Source of the DNA: a virus
IMG/VR virus record: IMGVR_UViG_3300008954_003312
Location: 12,235-76,234 of that record
Direction: 5' to 3' (one strand)
DNA length: 64,000 nucleotides
A program made the position numbers and the translations under genes. Positions 59,869-64,000 of this stretch are shown one piece after another. Each line of letters begins with the position of its first letter. Within the stretch, counting starts at the first letter, position 1. Under the pieces are notes generated by a model. It did no database searches. It was not told where the DNA came from and was given only the letters and a program-made list of their open reading frames with translations.

Positions 59869-61827
59869 ATGGCAAAATCTTTCACATTAAATCAGCTTAC
59901 GGAAGGTATCCGTAACAGAAACGTAGGTGCTGAGGGTATGCGATTGGTTGAAAAGTGGACTCGAACAGGTCTTCTTCGTGGTCTTAGTGATCACAGTAGA
60001 GAAAACATGTCGAGAATGCTCGAAAATCAGGCAGCTCAGCTTCTTCGTGAGTCTAACTCACTTTCTACGGGCGCCGGTGCTCTTGCAGACTCCGGTGACA
60101 TTCGTGGATTCACCAACATCGCTTTCCCAATCGTTCGCCGAGTCTTCGGTGGTCTGGTTGCAAACGAGCTTGTTTCCATTCAGCCCATGAGCCTTCCTTC
60201 TGGTCTGCTCTTCTATCTGGATTACACCTATGGTACTAACATCGGTGGTGACTCCAGCTTAAGCGCTGGAACTAGAACTACAGCTAGTGATACCGGTGCA
60301 TCTGGAGCAGCTACATATAAGGCTGGTGACTCTATCTACAACTCACCAGTTGGTAAGGGCGTTCGCTCTGGTTCACTTGCAGTTGGCGGTCAATATGATC
60401 TTGTCGGCTCCACATACACTAGAGTTCACACCAACTCTGTTGGTTTGACACTTCTGGCAACAGGCGCTTTCAATAGCGGCGGCTCAACAACAACCACACT
60501 CACAGCTGGTTCTTACTGTATGGCTACAGGATCTGATGGAAAGCTTCTTCAGTTCGATCCACAGATCACTCAGCTTATTGAGGATGGTGCTGCTAGTCGA
60601 ACAAGCGGTGGATTCCAGTTTCACATGTTCTCACTTACATCAACTAAGTTTGCTAACATGGACACAGGTGCTGCTAAGGATGTTTCAATCTATCTTGGAA
60701 ATGCTTCAGATGTTAAGTGTACACCCTCGATGGGAGAAATTCAGGGAGGTACAAACATTATCAATGTTCGTAGACTTAACCAGCTCGGAACATTCGTGAA
60801 TGGTAAATTCACATCTGATCCTCTTGTTAGCCCAGGCGATGCAAATGCCGCTCTACTGACAGTTCTTTCTGGTGCACATGTCTATGACAATGCGCAGCTG
60901 GGTAATGGTGATGCTTCATACAGAGCTAACCTGTCTGCTTCATACGCACTCACAGCCAACCTTAACGTTGACTCTGATGACGGTTCAACTCTTACCATTC
61001 CAAGTTTCGAATCTAACTTCGCTACTACACCTTCACCCATAATTCCTGAAATCGACATCAAGATCGAAAGTATTGCAGTTACAGCTCAGACTCGTAAGCT
61101 CCGCGCTCGCTGGTCTCCAGAGCTTGCTCAGGATTTGAACGCTTACCACAGCCTTGACGCTGAGGTTGAGCTTACTCAGATTCTCTCCGAGCAGATTGCT
61201 CTAGAAATCGATCGTGAGATTCTTAATGACCTGCTCGTTGAGGCCGGTGGTGCAAACTACTATTGGAGCCGTATGCCTGGTAAGTTCGTTAAGAAGACTG
61301 ACGGAACTGAGGTTGAGAGATCAAGTACGCTTGCTGCCGGTCCCGCTTTTACGGGTACAGTCCGCGAATGGTACGAGACTCTCGTCGAGACCATTATCGA
61401 TGTTGCTAATGAGATCCATAGAAAGACACTTCGTGGTTCCGCTAACTTCATCGTTTGTTCTCCTGAAGTTGCAACAATCTTCGAGGCTTCTGTTCTCTAT
61501 AAGCCAAGCCTTAAGATTGACGGCGACGGTCAGGTCGGTGCACCATTCCAGCTCGGAGCTTCTCCGGTTGGTACGTTGAGCAACCGCTTTACAGTCTACA
61601 AGGATCCCTACTTCCCACGGAACAAGGTCCTCGTCGGTTACAAGGGCGGAAGTTACTTGGAGACAGGCTATGTCTATGCTCCCTATGTACCCCTCATCGT
61701 TACTCCTACGATCTTCGCACCAGAGGATTTCACACCCCGCAAGGGCGTGATGACTCGCTACGGAAAGAAGATGGTTCGTAATGATTTCTACGGTACAGTT
61801 ACAGTTATGGATATGAACGTCATCTAG
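59869..61827 (+). CDS. Major capsid protein (T4 gp23-like)
   Basis: PIVRR, IQPMSLPSG, TRKLRARWSPELAQDL, EIDREI, VGYKG, YAPYVPL and PRKGVMTRYG motifs. Confidence 0.96.
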   Translation: MAKSFTLNQLTEGIRNRNVGAEGMRLVEKWTRTGLLRGLSDHSRENMSRMLENQAAQLLRESNSLSTGAGALADSGDIRGFTNIAFPIVRRVFGGLVANELVSIQPMSLPSGLLFYLDYTYGTNIGGDSSLSAGTRTTASDTGASGAATYKAGDSIYNSPVGKGVRSGSLAVGGQYDLVGSTYTRVHTNSVGLTLLATGAFNSGGSTTTTLTAGSYCMATGSDGKLLQFDPQITQLIEDGAASRTSGGFQFHMFSLTSTKFANMDTGAAKDVSIYLGNASDVKCTPSMGEIQGGTNIINVRRLNQLGTFVNGKFTSDPLVSPGDANAALLTVLSGAHVYDNAQLGNGDASYRANLSASYALTANLNVDSDDGSTLTIPSFESNFATTPSPIIPEIDIKIESIAVTAQTRKLRARWSPELAQDLNAYHSLDAEVELTQILSEQIALEIDREILNDLLVEAGGANYYWSRMPGKFVKKTDGTEVERSSTLAAGPAFTGTVREWYETLVETIIDVANEIHRKTLRGSANFIVCSPEVATIFEASVLYKPSLKIDGDGQVGAPFQLGASPVGTLSNRFTVYKDPYFPRNKVLVGYKGGSYLETGYVYAPYVPLIVTPTIFAPEDFTPRKGVMTRYGKKMVRNDFYGTVTVMDMNVI

Positions 61828-61845
61828 TCTATCTAGAAGATACCC

Positions 61846-61876
61846 AAAGGGCGGCTCTTTGAGCCGCCCTTTTTTT
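61846..61876 (+). terminator. Rho-independent terminator after the capsid gene
   Basis: AAAGGGCGGCTC-TTT-GAGCCGCCCTTT hairpin followed by a T run. Confidence 0.92.
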
Positions 61877-61920
61877 ATAAACTATTGATAGTTTGATCTT
61901 ATAATGTATCTAGGGTAAAG

Positions 61921-62811
61921 ATGATAATATCTCATAAGAATAAATTTATATTTTTTAAACCCATCAAGGTTGCAGGGTCAAGCGTTGAAGTTGCTCTAAT
62001 TCCACAGTGCGGACCAGAAGATATAATTACCGGTTCTGACTATCTTAATGAGATCAATGACAGCTTATATGACTATAGCTCTAGAAATTGCACAGAGACT
62101 ATAATTCTCTATGGGCAAGATGCAAAGAAATATCTCATGTTAAAAAAGAGATCAGGCATCTTAACAGATCCACCAATTACTGATAAGATTATTAGAGAGT
62201 CAAATGAAATAACCTGGCATAGAAGAATTTTTGACTCTCATGCTTCTCCTGTTGCATTTCAGTCTTTATCTGATAAATTTCAAGATTGTAATTCATATTA
62301 TAGGTTTACCATAGTTAGAAACCCCTGGGATGTTCTTGTTTCGTATTTTTGGTGGTGCTTTTCATCATATGAGCTTATTTCTCCAATAACAGGTGCTACA
62401 GTAATTGAAACTTTATCAGACTTTGAGAGGACCCGATGGATGCAACCCAACCCGGATGACTCGAAGAGAACTCTGATGACTAAATTTTCATCATTTTTAA
62501 AGCTTGAAGAGGAGACAGTCGATCAGCTAGGATTTCCAAAAAGTGTTCAAATGCTAGACCACCTTTCCAAAGTTGCTATGGAGTTCTATCAAGACGGATA
62601 CATGAATCGAGTCTTAAGGTTTGAAAACCTTCAGAGAGACTTTGATCAAGTGTGCGATAATTTATCAATGAGAAGAGTCGATCTACCTAGACTTAAGTCC
62701 AGCATTAGAAAGAGCCCAATGCACTATTCTGACTATTACACAAGTCAATCAAGAAAAAATGTTGAACAAGCTTTTGGTGAAATTATAGAAAACTTTAAAT
62801 ATTCCTTTTAA
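61921..62811 (+). CDS. Sulfotransferase family 2 protein
   Basis: FIFFKPIKVAGSSVE, IVRNPWDVLVSYFW, RFENLQRDF and YSDYY...FKYSF motifs. Confidence 0.8.
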   Translation: MIISHKNKFIFFKPIKVAGSSVEVALIPQCGPEDIITGSDYLNEINDSLYDYSSRNCTETIILYGQDAKKYLMLKKRSGILTDPPITDKIIRESNEITWHRRIFDSHASPVAFQSLSDKFQDCNSYYRFTIVRNPWDVLVSYFWWCFSSYELISPITGATVIETLSDFERTRWMQPNPDDSKRTLMTKFSSFLKLEEETVDQLGFPKSVQMLDHLSKVAMEFYQDGYMNRVLRFENLQRDFDQVCDNLSMRRVDLPRLKSSIRKSPMHYSDYYTSQSRKNVEQAFGEIIENFKYSF

Positions 62812-62838
62812 AAGTGATAAATAGAGTCCTATTTAATA

Positions 62839-62891
62839 GCAAGCCCGGCACGAGCATAATAGCTGAACTCGCCAGTGTGTCGGAAGCATGC
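62839..62891 (+). promoter_or_regulatory. Candidate structured RNA leader
   Basis: GC-rich island in an AT-rich gap; CCGGCAC (62845-62851) can pair with GTGTCGG (62877-62883), with inner AGC/GCT pairing. Confidence 0.35.
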
Positions 62892-62920
62892 GAACAATTA
62901 AACTCATCAAGGAGGGAATT

Positions 62921-63370
62921 ATGCCTAAAGTAGTAGTCACCAACGCCAAAGGTCTTGTGCAGGAAACAGGCGAAGGTATTGAATTTAGGGACGGAACTCC
63001 CAAGCTTCCTGCAACATCAATTACAGCCAATACAACCCTAACAAAGGGCGGTAGCTATACACCAAGCGGCGGAGTACGAACACTTACACTTCCGGCTGCA
63101 GCTGATGTTATCGGTCAGATGTTTGTCATCAGATCAGCTTCAGGGCATGCTCACATTCTTACAGGATCAGATTCTGGTGTTGCAAGCTTCTGTCCAAGCG
63201 GCGGTCCGATTCCACTAGCTAACTCCGATGCCTTTAAGGCCGGTGGAGCAGCTGGAAAGATAACGTTTACAGCTACATCAGGAAATTCAATTGTCCTGAT
63301 AAGTGATGGAGTTCAGTATCTTGTCATGGCATCATCTGGATCTTTCACAGTAAGTGGTTATCCAAATTAA
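62921..63370 (+). CDS. Putative capsid decoration/small virion protein
   Basis: ATG 62921 follows AAGGAGG; G/T/S/A-rich beta sequence with LTLPAA; has its own downstream hairpin. Confidence 0.5.
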   Translation: MPKVVVTNAKGLVQETGEGIEFRDGTPKLPATSITANTTLTKGGSYTPSGGVRTLTLPAAADVIGQMFVIRSASGHAHILTGSDSGVASFCPSGGPIPLANSDAFKAGGAAGKITFTATSGNSIVLISDGVQYLVMASSGSFTVSGYPN

Positions 63371-63401
63371 AATATAATAATTGTAATATGCATCTATTAT
63401 T

Positions 63402-63431
63402 ACCTCCTTCTTCGGAAGGGGGTCTTATTTT
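63402..63431 (+). terminator. Hairpin with C(UUCG)G tetraloop, probable terminator
   Basis: ACCTCCTTC-TTCG-GAAGGGGGT followed by CTTATTTT. Confidence 0.75.
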
Positions 63432-63443
63432 ATGGATTAATAT

Positions 63444-63471
63444 TTGACAATGTGATAATTATTGATAGAGT
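63444..63471 (+). promoter_or_regulatory. Candidate sigma70-type promoter
   Basis: TTGACA (63444-63449), 16-nt spacer, TAGAGT (63466-63471). Confidence 0.35.
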
Positions 63472-63477
63472 TAATTT

Positions 63478-64000
63478 ATGGCATCTACCATGAGAACTTT
63501 GAAAAAGGATCATGTACGAAGTAAGATTGTACCTAAGGGCGGCAATATCGAAATGAATTCTGAATTTTACGCTGATGCAAATATAGAGAAAGATAAAAAA
63601 ACTAAGACTGTAAAAAAGAAAGAAGCTACCGCTTCCCTAACTGAGGAGATTAAACAGGATATGGTTACTGATAACAATGATGATTTTGACTTTGTGGCTG
63701 ACTATGATGAGCCAATTGATAGTGGTGGAGGAAGCCTCTTACCAGACAATACAGCTGCATCTTCACTTTCAGTAGGCTTTGTCGGTGTCGGCGGCGGCGG
63801 AGGAAAGCTAGCTAAGGCATTTATAGACGTTGGATTTACAAAGACGCTTGTTGTAAACACAACTGACAAAGACAAGTCAACTGGGCTGGATGATGCACAC
63901 TTTCTACTTCTTCCAGGAGCAGCTGGAGTAGGTAAAAATATTGAGCTTGGTAAGAAAATCTTGTCTGATAATAGCACATTTGTTGAAGACTATCTTAGGA
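63478..64000 (+). CDS. Tubulin/FtsZ-family GTPase (PhuZ/TubZ-like), truncated by the window end
   Basis: Manual translation of an open frame to the window end gives VGFVGVGGGGGKLAKAF...VVNTTDKD...GAAGVGKNIELGK; an alternative start is ATG 63661. Confidence 0.85.
   Translation, partial: MASTMRTLKKDHVRSKIVPKGGNIEMNSEFYADANIEKDKKTKTVKKKEATASLTEEIKQDMVTDNNDDFDFVADYDEPIDSGGGSLLPDNTAASSLSVGFVGVGGGGGKLAKAFIDVGFTKTLVVNTTDKDKSTGLDDAHFLLLPGAAGVGKNIELGKKILSDNSTFVEDYLR

Larger units (their letters stand above)
1..64000 (+). mobile_element. Segment of a large T4-like myophage genome
   Basis: Terminase, portal, protease, scaffold and gp23-type capsid occur in T4 order, together with gp25/gp6-like baseplate genes and a gp55-like sigma factor; no host housekeeping genes, integrase or att site were seen. 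Confidence 0.93.

Noticed and set aside
46169-61827. Inteins, introns or homing endonucleases in primase, terminase, portal or capsid
   Set aside because: The frames are uninterrupted, and no intein splice or LAGLIDADG/HNH/GIY-YIG motifs were recognised.
1517-63977. Short nested and minus-strand ORFs in the track (e.g. 11635-12075, 41045-41500, 48799-49239, 63702-63977)
   Set aside because: They lie within or opposite well-supported + strand genes and show no motifs; 63702-63977 is the antisense shadow of the tubulin gene.

Overview
The window is a gene-dense, AT-rich segment with every credible gene on the + strand, best explained as part of a large (jumbo-type) T4-like myophage genome using the standard genetic code. 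1-15.8 kb is a sugar synthesis and modification block: a PseB-like dehydratase, NeuB/PseI-type synthase, SpsF-type cytidylyltransferase, class-III aminotransferase, oxidoreductase, formyltransferase, deacetylase, GNAT, radical SAM enzyme, 2OG-Fe dioxygenase, methyltransferase, sulfotransferase, nucleotide-sugar dehydrogenase and two GT4 glycosyltransferases, with a Cas4-like nuclease inside it. 16-45.6 kb holds a gp55-like late sigma factor and a very large baseplate/tail-appendage module (gp5-, gp25- and gp6-like proteins, LamG and FN3 proteins). 45.6-50.7 kb encodes a RuvC-like resolvase, a primase and a fused SbcD-SbcC. 51-61.8 kb is the head module (terminase, portal, protease, scaffold, gp23-type capsid). 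The end carries a second sulfotransferase, a probable decoration protein with a structured leader, and a truncated tubulin/FtsZ-family gene missing from the ORF track. The main hypothesis is a phage-encoded virion glycosylation system: a subset of structural proteins is studded with a recurring [S/T]-G-S type motif that could be a sequon for the adjacent nonulosonate pathway. All assignments come from motif reading by eye; no searches were run.
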